From Perkinsus olseni (lineage: Eukaryota), in the NCBI GenBank assembly GCA_013115125.1, contig JABANN010000001.1:1-64000 (forward strand): a stretch of DNA of 64,000 bases, in the 5' to 3' direction. The notes under the pieces were generated by a model that was not told the DNA's origin, did not search any database, and saw only the letters and a list, made by a program, of their open reading frames with translations. Positions 27,191-39,524 of this stretch are shown one piece after another; the first letter of the stretch is position 1, and each line of letters begins with the position of its first letter. The translations under genes and the position numbers were made by a program.

Positions 27191-27330
27191 ATCTCAGTAG
27201 GAATCGTCCGGTTGTACAAAACCTGACTCCTGATTTGAAAATTCCGAGCTGAAAGAAAGATTATGCAACCATGAAGTACAGAGTTCGATGGCAACCCAAG
27301 GCCGGGCCTCAAGCTTATCATAGCGGGCCT

Positions 27331-27999
27331 TCACTTGGGAGTAGCCAAATACATGCAGACCTTATACCCCTGGACGTTGGCGCATGTGCCTCCGTTTATG
27401 CAATCCTAAAGACGGAGGCGTTTAAATAGAAATCACGCCATAGGCGAGCTGAGCTTACTCCATCTCCACTGCACCTCAGGAAGCAATAGTCGTAGGACTC
27501 CCCATCCATAGATACGGTGGCGCACCTTGAGGTGCCACCTGGGGGCGCAGGGCAGCTGACTCCATTACAGCCGTTGGAACATACTATGTAGCGGTTCGAA
27601 TTGTCATCAGTCTGACACAAAGCAGCTAACGGTGGTGATCTTCCATCATACTCACCGGATAATCCAAAAGATGGGCGCCTCCTACTCCGCAAGCACAGTC
27701 GGATAGTTGCCTGGTCGTTCTGGTGTATAAGCAGCCACCACTTGGCCTTAGATAGGACGAGCAACAGGGACCTAGAGCAACTTATATAGAACTGATAGGG
27801 CGAGTCTCTCTCAATCCTACGCACCTGCTGCCTGAATGGCGTTCAAGAGCTTCCAATGCACGCTCTGGTTCCTTACTCGGAAAACCAATTACATCGTGTG
27901 GAAGAAGTCGAATGACAGCTTACGTGGTCTTGGAGACTCTCAAATCCTCAGCGGCGTTGCAGAGGGCTACGAGATGGAGAACGCTCAGAAATGCCGTCA
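27331..27999 (-). CDS. Small secreted cysteine-rich protein, multi-exon
   Basis: Signal-peptide-like start MTAFLSVLHLVALCNA, then CSNGCNGVSCPAPPGGTSRC...YCFLRCSGDG|DCINGGTCANVQGYKVCMYLATPK*. Confidence 0.7.
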
Positions 28000-28227
28000 T
28001 CGTGGTCAAATGCTCCGATTTGAGTTTGGTTTGGGGGTGACACAGACGGCCGCAAATGAGCACAACTTAGCGCAGCTGATTGTCGAGAACACGTGCCTCT
28101 GACAGCACAATAGTTCATCATCAGAACAAGACACTCTTCTCGCCGAAAACGTAGGCCCTATCATCCCTTGGGCCCCCATGGCGATTCAGCTGTGGGTAGA
28201 GATATCTTTTGGGAATCACCAGGCCCA

Positions 28228-28348
28228 ATCTCTCAGTGGTGACTGACACGATAATATCGTGTCAGTCACCACTGAGAGATCTTTCAATCAGCATAATAGG
28301 ATACCTCTAGGATATCGTGACGATATCCTAGAGGTATCCTATTATGCT
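28228..28348. repeat. Two adjacent perfect palindromes (26-bp arms 28228-28280; 29-bp arms 28290-28348; 1-nt centres)
   Basis: atctctcagtggtgactgacacgata-a-tatcgtgtcagtcaccactgagagat and agcataataggatacctctaggatatcgt-g-acgatatcctagaggtatcctattatgct. Arms checked base by base. Confidence 0.97.
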
Positions 28349-28715
28349 TGGCGCAATGGCGCGCCCCACTCGGACCTCAGCCAGTAACTCCACTTCTCAA
28401 CGCCTGCGGCAGCTGTACTGCCTGTTCTGAGCTGACAGCCCGGCATTTCCGAGTAAGGGAAATTCACGAATCGCAATGCAGACGGGAATCTGTTTCGATC
28501 GCGCGCGTGTGTCATGAGAGGAAGACAACCACTGACCGACTAGGATGGAATCTGGGGAAGCGGTGCCTCGTACGCCCATTGAAACCTGCAGTCTAAAGGA
28601 GGTTATCATGAGGCGAGCGAAAGCTACTCGAGCGGCCGTTTGCAGTTTCCAGGCGCCAGTAAGCTTTTCCATTCCTGTCGAGTTAGAGCCTGTCAGGAAT
28701 CTCATTTATTTTTGA

Positions 28716-30028
28716 ATGTATTCGACAAGAAGAAGACCTTGCCACACTTGTATCGACTCTCTAACGCTAGAAATTGAGGTGTTTAATAGAGCGGCGACGA
28801 GCTGCAGTCTTGCGGATGACCTTAAAACCAAGGTATGGAGTTACATGCCGACCCGCCACCTCCCCAACTCGCTCAAGGCTGCTGAAGTCACATCCGGTCT
28901 TCGAAGGTCTCATGGTTTCATCTGCGTACCTCGGGCGAAGCCGGGCCTATCTATCGAGTGCGCTGGTTGGCAAACCCTTGTTTTCATGAATAGCCAGCTC
29001 GCTAATTCGATCGAAGGCCTCCCGGGTGAGGGAGCTCATCTCATTGTGGGTTTGGAGGGCTCACCAGAGAATCCTAACATCGTACCCTATTTTCTTAATG
29101 ACTTTCGTATACAGCATTCGAGCTGTGTTGTTCGCGACGTGTTCTACTTCATCCCATGGGCACCCCCTCATACTCGCCAACTGGGGAGGTTCCACATCCT
29201 CACTCGTCAATTGCTATCACCCATTCGGTTGCCATGGGAAACTGCGGATCTCGCTGTTGCCGATGATACTCTCTTCGTTATCTCCGGTCGAGGTGACTAC
29301 AGCGTCTACATACTTTTGACTGAGTTGACTGGGGCATCGAGTGCTACCGGCAACGCCAAGCAAAGCGATACGGCGTACCAACTCTGTCGGGTGTCACCGC
29401 TCCCTATTGATCTGCGGGATACCATAGTGGGCGTATTGCCAGCTGGGCGAGAGTATCCCCAGGCTGGGGAAGCTCTACGAGCCTCGTGGGGTATATTTGG
29501 CAACCAAATGTCGAGCTTGCTGGACGAAGATGGCCGGCTGGTACTTATCCCAGAATTTCTAGATGCAACTGCCGTCGACGAGGTTCATCCACGAAAGCTT
29601 CTGTACAATGCCCGCGTTGTTGGTGGAGCTGAGCCCCTCTGCGTTCAGTCGTTGGGTGTTCTCTGACTCAAGTCCAAAAAACTCCTGCTTTGCAAGCCAG
29701 ATTCGTCCCGGCCACTGGTGGCACTATTTGTGTCGCTCTTCATCGTACTCACGCGCTCATATTGAAATTTACTGAAGGAGGCTCTGCCACTGAACTGTCC
29801 AGAGTACTCGGTCCTTCGTTCGCCGACTTCCCCTTCAAAATGTCCATCACTCGAGACTGGAGGATATCCATTCACATGCGTCCCGCCGGCCCCCTGGACT
29901 CACTGTATGATATTATTATCGAGCGCGATGAGGATGATATACTCCCACGTTGTGAGAGGGTCTCCTGCCTTCGACTGTGGGCGGTGCACGAAAGTCCTCA
30001 TTGTTGTTGTAGTAAACTTGTCTGTTGA
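28716..30028 (+). CDS. Lineage-specific hypothetical protein, intron-poor (316-aa ORF plus downstream ORF), weak F-box-like N-terminus
   Basis: Uninterrupted 951-nt ORF, unusual for this genome. LADDLKTKVWSYMP loosely resembles an F-box helix; the rest is beta-rich-looking sequence. Link to 29690-30028 is uncertain. Confidence 0.45.
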
Positions 30029-30438
30029 GACCGCTGATGCCATGAGTGTTACATGTTTTTGTCTAGTCGGCACATGATAGTTGTGTGGTAATCTCTAATC
30101 ATAGCCTAGGAAGGTTTAACAATCTGCGCTGGTTATGTCTGATTCCAGAAGGGGACTTCCTCCTAGGCAGAGAAATAGGTACAGCCACCATACACTGAGG
30201 ATGACGGAACTGAATGGTGTCCGCCTTGTACTTGAGGAGTTAATTTCATGTAATCATTATCATGATCGGAACAGAAGTAGAGCGAATCGATTGTTTTTCC
30301 CCATATTAAATTACTGATATCAAGCCATCATTTTCATATTATTAGATTTATTAGCTGTGGGTCGCAGTGAACATTCAAGCCAAACGCTTTATCAAGCAGC
30401 TGATTAACCCGATACCAACAGTTGTTTCTGAAACAAAC

Positions 30439-31047
30439 TTATTCAACTATTGTGGCATCTGATCGAAGAAAGTGTCCGCTTTTGCCGCCGCTTTTAGTGT
30501 CAAGACGGATGTCAGTGATGACAGCCTCCTTGCATACACTCTTGACCATATCGTATATTGTCAATGCTGCTACACTGACCGCAGTCAAAGCTTCCATCTC
30601 GACGCCCGTGGCATCACGACAGGCGACCTCCGACGTTAGATGCACCCCTACGCCACCGGGAGCTCGTGCCAACTGCACATCAGCGAAATCCAACCTGATG
30701 GGACACACCTTAGTAGATATCGAAGATCGATGATGTTACCGTATATTATGACACAAGGGGATGAGATCAGCAGCCTTCTTGGCAGCCTGCACACCGGCCA
30801 CTTGTGCGGTCAGCGCTACCGGGCCTTTGGTTGACTCTCCCATTATGATGTCGGTAACTTCCTGCGAAATATTTGTTATTTTGCATGAAGCTGTTGCCCT
30901 GCGGAGGTTGGGGGTTTTGGAGGACACATCCACCATTCGAATGCCACTCGAGGAAGCCCTGCTCAGGTGGGTAGGAGCGAGAGATGAGGCCAGGCGGGCC
31001 ACCCCTCCTGCCCGAAGCATCAAATGGCGGGGGAGGAACTGATGCAA
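30439..31047 (-). CDS. moaC: moaC/MOCS1B cyclic pyranopterin monophosphate synthase, intact copy, two exons, probable mitochondrial presequence
   Basis: PTHL...[10 protein letters not shown]...RRATA...[25 protein letters not shown]...[25 protein letters not shown]...KSGGKSG. The N-terminus is Arg/Leu/Ser-rich and lacks acidic residues. Confidence 0.95.
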
Positions 31048-31704
31048 GATGGGAACGAGGTTACTCGGAACTCGACCCCGCCAGAAAAAAATCTTTCATC
31101 GCTCGGCACAAGCACGTGGCGACTACCCTATCAGTAGTCGGACTCACAATCTCGCGCCGATAGTGCAACAAAAGCACTTTCGGTGGGATATGAAAAGCTA
31201 AAGACACGGGCACAAAGATCATGTTACCATCATTGACTTCCAACACGAAGCCTCTCCGGGATATAGAAAGCCTCGCGCTCGTGTAAATGCGTAAGGAGTA
31301 TGGGTACTGGTGCGACTGCGCAACTACATTGGATAGCGCGAGACTCGCGCTATCAGTCTGATGAGTCGCTAAACACGCGCCGCGAGTGTAGCGACTCACG
31401 CAAACTCAAACAATACTCAGCTCGGACTGGCGCTTTGGTTAAATGATCTTTATCAAATGGGATGGACAATGGCAGCCTGTGAAATAAGCGCACCGTGCAC
31501 TGACGGCTCCACGAATGACACAGTCGGAGCAGCCGAGGCTCCCAACAAACAACAAGGTCCTCGGGCAGGCCAAAACTATTTTGGGTCATATTGCGCGGGC
31601 ATTCGTGTTCCTCGGCACTGTGAGCACTTCAAGAGCATTTGAAATCTGAGTTTCGGGATACTATCCCGCCCTCCATTGTTCCGCTAGTCAATCATCTGAA
31701 CTAG

Positions 31705-32236
31705 TGGAGTGGAGAGTAGTGGAGACACGATGACACAATTTGCCATTGTGCCAAGAGCTCAATATGCCAGAACGCATAATAGGTTGCCAATAGGTTCGAG
31801 ACCGGTATCCGGAGCCGATCCCGGCAGTGATTGGGACAGTTGTTCCGTGGCGCCGAGCGCGACAGTAATACTTTGTGCAGCACGCGTGCACAAAGCGTTT
31901 CGTCTTCTAGCGTTTCGCTAGAAACCGTTTCATCATACTCACTAATCACTTATCATACTTGTACTTTCTTAAGTTTTCCTAATTACTATGTCCTCCAGTA
32001 ATTCTCAGTCTGCGTTGCGTTCGACTGGTGCCCAGACCCCAGTTGATCGTCTGAACATGACTCTTTCCGATATCATCCAAATGGATGGAGTGGAGAGTAG
32101 TGGAGACACGATGACACAATTTGCCATTGTGCCAAGAGCTCAATATGCCAGAACGCATAATAGGTTGCCAATAGGTTCGAGACCGGTATCCGGAGCCGAT
32201 CCCGGCAGTAATTCTCAGTCTGCGTTGCGTTCGACT
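31705..32236 (+). repeat. Interleaved direct repeats: 124 bp (31705-31828 = 32086-32209) and 31 bp (31996-32026 = 32206-32236)
   Basis: Exact copies at offsets 381 and 210. The second copies of the two repeats join through a shared CAGT. Confidence 0.92.
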
Positions 32237-32531
32237 AGTGGTAAGACGCACTTCTCGTAAAGTAAGGCTTCCAAATGTGGCCAACCATACTCACAGTTTT
32301 CCTCCAGCGGTGGGCGCACAAGCTGCCAGCTTATAAAACCTGTGGTCTCCGAGACGGGGTAAGGCACGGCAGTGCCGTGACGGCACCCAACTGGCGTCGC
32401 AAAGGTCGACAGGACCTCACGGCGGCAGCCACGGTAACGCGAAGGCAAACTGTGCTGTAGCCGACGGCGAATACCACAAATGGAAAACGCGGTTCGGCAG
32501 GCAGAAGTTGTCTCTCGAAGACCTCGATTGA
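31988..32531 (+). pseudogene. Disrupted Aly/REF/Chtop-like gene remnant (UAP56-binding-motif-like ends)
   Basis: N-terminal VDRLNMTLSDII resembles the N-UBM (DKMDMSLDDII). Downstream QKLSLEDLD* resembles the C-UBM (LSAEELDAQL). The interior is rearranged by duplications. Confidence 0.4.
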
Positions 32532-35500
32532 GAAAATGAGAGCGTCGGGAGGACGACGCTCGTGACGGACGGCCCGTCGAACCGAAACCGTAACCGAGCA
32601 CCAGACAGCTCGAGCCGGCACACAAGGCACTAGCTTGCTAGTGCGGGAGGCACAGCCGGGACACTAAGTGCCCTGATATGCGCTAAACATACCATAGCAC
32701 GTTGTGCCATTTGGGTGTACCGGGTGACATGAGCTGCCGGCTGGCTGCACATTGTCGCACATTTTTCCGAGGAGATGGGCCAACTGTGGGTCTCCTCTTC
32801 TTCTGAGGCGTCCTACATGATGAAGCTGAGTCCGGCGCTCCACGATTGCTCAGGAACGCCGGTCACAGCTTGTCGACAAAAGTGAAGAATCCCTTCCACA
32901 CGCTTCGGCATGAGCAACGGAACTCGATCGAAGTTAAGGAGGCACGGTAAGACGAATAGCCTGCATTCAGCCAAACGGATTCAGTTGGTCTACGGGGGTC
33001 CGATCAGCAATCTGATATATCATACAGGGTTGGCATCGCAAGGAACAACATGCGACTAGCATCAGAGCCTGTCATGCCAACCTCTGATGCAGAGGCCAAC
33101 GTAGAACGGTCCAACGGTCATTTCACGGTCCCCAGGCATGTACCTCCATAACGAGCTGAGCTCGTGGAGAACTGCACTAAATGGGGAACAGGTCCGATCA
33201 TCGGACCCGGAAGACTCATTACATCAAGTCGATTGCTGAGCCATGAAATGACCGTGGGAAAACACCACACCACAGCGCACAGGCTCGTGATGCATAGCAT
33301 GATGTGCGCTCAGAGTACTGCGCTCCACGGCCATAAGTACACAACAATGGAGGGAGACGGCGCTATGAAGAAGCCGCGATTAGAGATCAGAGAGAAGACA
33401 TTTCAGGATTAGCAGCATGAGCATGAGGCACCGGCCTGCCGACAGTCTACCAAATAGTATTCGTGCAGTAGTAATTGTATATACAACTACTACTGCACGA
33501 ATTCACATACGTATGTGAATTTCTGGTGCCCTCTCGTATGCTACAAGAGCTGGAAGGGCATACTCCCACAGTAAGACAGTCTAATAATGGTGATCGATCT
33601 CGACTCATCGAGCGATTCAACAAAAAGTAATACTCTCTTTGACACGCTGACGGACGTACTCGGAGTACGTCTGTCACGGACGGTCCGTGGAGAACGGTAC
33701 TCCCCGGTAGAACATGACATTTTGGTTTTACGATGGGCTAGGCGATGAGTACAATGTACCTCTACACCACAACAGACTAATGGCACTGCAATAGTATGAA
33801 AGGACTTCACAAGGCTGCTGGGAATGAGAATTTCTCATTGAGAAACCTTTCAAGTTGATGGTACGGCAGAGTTGGTGAAGTTCAAACACGTCCGTGAGAC
33901 CTCTGATGCTCGAGAATCTTCATCTTATTGATCGTGGAGAGGTCAAGGCAGCAGTACTCGCACTTATCCTCATCCTTCGCCTCGTCAGTGACCTCCGTCT
34001 CCATTACGTCGCTCGGAACATCTGATAACGAACCTAGATCCGAGCACATTGAAAAACTAACACCATAACCACCTCTATCTTATTGAGATATGCCGCTACA
34101 CATCCGCCGTCTGTGATCGCTGCTCTCCATCCTGTTCAATCGGCCTTCGAACCCGCAATCTAGTCATGGTGCTATGTACTAAAGTGGACTATGTACGTAG
34201 TTGCACGCATGCAGTGGGACACTGTTGAAGCCTGCACGATAGCCTTACGACGGTCTCATTCATTCGCCAGAATCCCACTGGAATGATAAATGGCATGGAA
34301 GCGGTATTCTCGAGCATGCACAGGTATACGCCACTTTACGATACTGATGGATAAACTCAACAAATATGCCACTTGGCACGAAATAACTGAATTAATACAA
34401 GCTGTCGCGCATGAGTCACTACAACTCAAGCAAATATCACTGCGCCGACAGAGGCCGCGCGCCACAAAACTTCATGGGGAACATGAGACATTCATGGCTC
34501 ATCATACTGATCCATGACTGGCCTCTTTCTCTCATGCCGAGGTATGTTGGGGACGAAGTCGTTCGGGGACGCGTGCATGTGCGGATGGGATAGATTGCGC
34601 TATACTTTCCTCCCTTCCTTCACTCCTCGGCGACGAGTCCTCGCGGATGAAGGCTATCCCTCTTTAGAGACCTGGGACCGCATCGAGTAGCCGATCGGGA
34701 CCACCGATTACAGTCATGCTGCTGGTCTATCATAAGTCCGTCGTGCCGCATGGGGACATTGGTGATCACAACACTGTCGCACAAGGGGCAGCGTGGCTCG
34801 CAAGATCGGGGACAGTCGACTCCAGCGGTGCTTCGTGACTCTTACATCTTTGTTGTTTTTCCACTCGCGTACGCCGTGTGGTTGGTGGTTTCGGTCGCAC
34901 AGGGGGTTTGTGCGAATGTCTATCCATTTGTAGCGTTTTACGTACGGTACGTGAGTTGATCGATGGTCGAATGGCCGGATAACTCAGAAATGAGTAAGGT
35001 TCCGGGGAGTTCTTTCCTTTTTGGTTTCATCAGAATGAGGTTTGCACTGTAGTGACAACTACCTTCATTACTGCTACGTACCCACCTTGCTCTTTGTGCG
35101 CCTTTGCTCGTACTACGTACGTTCGTCCCAGTGAACACGTGCGTTCCTCGTCATGCTATGGAACATACGTTCACCATAAAGCCAACAGCTAGATCAGTTT
35201 TCCCGAACTCCTCTCGAGTCCGGTCTTACCTCTCTCCAGTGGTGATTGGCTTAACCAAGAAAATGCTACAGTCGCCAGTTTTCTGACAATCTTTATCGTT
35301 ACCACCCCAGCTTCTCCATGGCTACATCTCATTCTCGGAGTGAAGCTCAGTCCAGAGGCTTTTCCTCCTCCCCCTCACTGGTAGGGTGAGACATATTGAA
35401 TGACAATGACCAGCATGACTGCATTTCAACTTCTTCGTTAGGTCCGATCCAGGGTGGCGTATATCATCTTCCACGTTACGCTTTTCCTGCTGGCTCTCAA

Positions 35501-35546
35501 ACCACTCGTACACATGGCTGAGAGGTTCGATGACTGCCACTGACAA

Positions 35547-36689
35547 ATGCCGCTTCACTGGAGAAGCTGGATCGTCACCTCTTCAGGACTATTTATCCCT
35601 GGTACACCAAACGGTTCGTCGCGGACGGTAATCTCTCCAAAAGTGATGTGCTCATTGGCTTCCTTGGTCCAATGGGCCATATCGGCTACTTTGGGAGCGG
35701 CATATTACTATCACTGCCTACAGTAAGATCGCTACATGTATCATTGTTGCTCCATTGCTAGCAGGTTCTCCGCTTCACTAAGGGGAAAATGCAACTCAGG
35801 AAAGGATACCAGTCTATATTCGCCGGGATGCCAGTCATTCTCTTGGCATGGATTGTTGGCAACACCTACGCGTAAGCACACTATACAATTCATAATGATT
35901 CGCTGCTATGAATCGTCTCCTCGGGCTTCAGGTACGTCGTGCTCATGTATTTTACGAAGGACGGTAAGCCCTCTGTGGCCACTCTCGTATATATATCCGT
36001 GAGTTGAGCGTTCAGATTTTGTATTCGGAGAACTGCCGCGGTACCAGCATGTAGCTCGTGATATATTAGTCTTCATGCTCGTGGAGGAGGTGATGCTTTA
36101 CTACCTGCATCGGCTGTTTCATGAATGGAAGGCAGGCTATAGGGCTGTGCACAAACTACATCATAGGTAACGAGCACAGAACAAGAATAACCTCCCCGAG
36201 GAAATTGAGTCCCGCCAGTGATATCGTGATACCTAGGTTCACAGCTACCGTCCCTCTTCAAGCCCTACACAGCCACCCGATCGACCAAATTGTGACCAAC
36301 GTGACGCCAATACTGGCCGGGACAATCATAATGCAGTCTCACGTAAGGCATAGCATCAGGGAGAATCCTGATTTGACGAGTCAGATACTTACCTTCACAT
36401 TATGGCTGACATTTGCCTTCATCAACACCTTGGTGTCCCACTCAGGATACGACCACATTTTTGTAGAAGGCAGTGCGGCAGGTGGGTTTTCAATTCAGCT
36501 CATATCAGGTATTGAACCCCGAGATGCATGACCTGCACCATGAGCGTGGTAATTGCAATTACGGAGTACTCGGCATTCTCGACTATTTACATGGTAGAGA
36601 GTTCACAACTAATCTGTACTGACGCTAAACTCTGTCAAGGTACATACCGCGTTAGAGAATCCGGAGCCGAAACTGGAGATGCCAAGTAA
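35547..36689 (+). CDS. Fatty acid hydroxylase / sterol desaturase family membrane enzyme, multi-exon (5' end uncertain)
   Basis: His boxes FYYLHRLFH, VHKLHH, HSHP, SHSGY and MHDLHH...NCNYG..GILDYLHGTYR. Confidence 0.88.
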
Positions 36690-37729
36690 AGGAATCAGGT
36701 TCCCTCTGTCGTGCGAATTGGCTTGCCGTGCATATCACATTGCATTCGCGATTCAACGACGACGAACATGTTCTTCGTAAAAACTTTTTTTCCATTGCTT
36801 TCTTCACCATGGCATTCGACATCGACTGAGTGCCGGCGAGAAAGACCGAGATACATTCACCAAAATGGTGGATCACCATTGATGATGGTATTGACGCTGC
36901 GGTCGTTTCTCACCAGAACCCCACATACATTGCGTGAAGTTGAGGGAGGCGTGACATTCTCAGTTCACATTGATGATGCGGTGACTGCAACGCTGTATCC
37001 TCTTGCACCGCAGACGAGAACCAGTTCAAACATGAATCAACCACGGTGTTTTCAGCCCCGATGCCTTCCGATGCCCACGTAGGAGCTGTCGGTACACCAA
37101 CGAGCCGCCCCATCTGATAAATTGCCGATCTTACTTCTTCTCAAGATTTAGCGTGATAGAGAGGCTGTGGCTAACCGTCGACGATGTAGAGTTGTCGCTA
37201 ATGTTCACTAGGGCACTAAGGACCCCCCTTCGGGGCACTAGGGAGCCTTCGACAGCATTTTTACGAGTCTATATGCCTAGGGCTACTGTACCAGCTTCAA
37301 GCTGGTAGTGTCTACTAAGGAAAGATTCAAACGAACGAGTCCGCACGATCAAATACGAGTCTGCCAGTTTGCTGTACAGAACGATGATACTACTCAAATT
37401 TTTGAGGTTGAGCACACGCAGGTTTTTGAGCATGTACTCTTCGTAATATTCCTGCTATCTTACTCAATGCCCCAAGTAAACCTCCTAGACCCTCCTCCGA
37501 TAAGACGCATGCAGCGTAGTCAGCATCGCAATCGACGGGTTTCATCTCGGAATCGAACCGGCAGATGCTTTTCGAGACCATCTTCTAGGGAAATCCCACA
37601 CTCGTAATTCGGTACTCGACGAATAGAGTCGGGGACTCGAAACTCGACACCGACAGATAGGAAGTAAGCACGTTGCATCACTCGGTGTGAAACAGGCCGA
37701 GGACTTTACCAACGGTGACAGCACGCTTT

Positions 37730-39524
37730 TCAGTGGAAGGTACTTTGCTCGATAGTCAGATGGCCATTGTCGCCAAACCGAGCCAGACTCACGCCGCCAT
37801 CGTCACGCACCTGCAGAGAAGTCTAATTTGTCGGGACGGCCAGGCATGAGGCATACTATTATTTCGGTGATGCCGCAGTTCTCTCCGCCCATCCTGAGCC
37901 AGGCTTCCGGAGGGAGCTGCAGAGCCCTACAGACAAAGTACCTGAGTGGGAGCTTCCTTGCGGAGCGATGGCAGTGGCTGCCCAGCCTACCTAATGACGT
38001 TCATGTGGCAGACTACGATGTAATACTCATGTCCCTTGGTGAGGTCCTCCTCGTCGTCACCGTCCTCCCCTACCGCTTCTTTGCTGGGCCTACATCAGCC
38101 AGCGTCTCAAGTCCGCCTGCCTGGCCCGCTCGATCTTCCCACTTATAGTAATCCTCTGATATCTTCTTGGTTTTCTGCTCGGTTTTCTTCTGTTCCTCTT
38201 TCTGTGGCTTGTCCTTCTTCTTTTGGGTCTTCTTATGATCTCGTGCTCGATGAACGTACTTCCTGTACGCCGCCTCTAGCCTGTTACCCTCCTCTAGCAG
38301 GCGAGCAGGCCTTATCTTCGAGTAGCTCTGAGACGATGAGCACTGCTCACCACTCCATAACCCGGCACACTGACCCTCTCAGACATCGGCATCGGCACAC
38401 ACGGCCAGCCCTCCGCGAGAATCGGGTCCGGATCTTCATAATGGACTGTCTCCTCGCCTCCGAGGACCTATACAGGAGTTCTTTACCGGCACATCGCTGC
38501 GCTACCGCCCTACCTCGTGAATGATCTCCGCGGTTTGTTTGGCCCGCAGCACGTCCGAGGAGATTAGCTTCTTGAACCTGTCGACGTTCCCGTGAACCTG
38601 ATTCCCTCAAGCCAAGACGCCCCTACTTTATCTTTCTCGTGCCGTACCGGTCTGACTTCATACCATCCGTCATCTGCTTCAGCCGCTGGCCTGGGCAACA
38701 GCCATGTAAACTACCACCCCATGAGGTCAGGAGCGCTGCTACCGACTATCCGGCTTTGCTCCTTGCCAAGCTCCGTCAGCTCGTTCTCATCCGAGTCCAG
38801 GTTGTACTGACCATGTCGTATGAGCAGCAAGTGCACAGTCGGTTTGTACTCCTTCTTCGAGGCAGACTGAGACCGAAGCACTCAGAGGACGGCTCCCCAA
38901 CGATTAGTGGTGCACCTTCTCTTCCCCTTCGCCTTCCTTTTCCGTAGACTTCTTCTCCTGGGCAAAGCAGTGAGACTCCTCCCGTGTGAATAACCTACTT
39001 TTTTGGCATCTTCACGAGGATTACGGCCATCCCAATCCGAGTTCCAAAGCCTTGTCCATTTCCTGAAGTAACACGGTACCGAGATCAAGCACTCGGCAAC
39101 CAGATCATTACGATACGAGTATTGTGTGGACCACACAGTTGTGATAGCCCGTGACTCAGGTGATTGAGTGGTGATTCTAGCTCCTTACCCATATTGGCCC
39201 ATGGTGATCTCTTCCATGCTCTTATGCTTCATCTCATCCTTTATCCAATCCCTGGGATCCTCCTCACACCATACTCTAGGCCTCGGACGGTTCCTAGAAT
39301 CGCTCACGGCGATGAACTGAGAGATGACGAGATATGCGAGAACGATGGAGACAAGCAAAGAGACGAACTCACCCCGCAAGCTACTGCAGACACAGGCAAA
39401 ACGGCCCGGTGGAGGAACTGACGGGACATGAGAAAACTAACAGCAATCTGAGCAACAACTATGGCAACCGCCGCGAAGGGTATCGAGACAGCCTAACGGC
39501 GAATGCCGCAAGGACCCGTCCCAT
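37730..39524 (-). CDS. PGAM5: PGAM5-type mitochondrial Ser/Thr protein phosphatase (histidine phosphatase family), multi-exon
   Basis: [10 protein letters not shown] (WDxNWD motif), [11 protein letters not shown]...[34 protein letters not shown] and FGDNGHL. Start is approximate. Confidence 0.92.

Noticed and set aside
32600-35500. Short ORFs and exon-like fragments in the accessory block
   Set aside because: I could not assemble a coherent spliced product or recognise a motif, so they are left unannotated.
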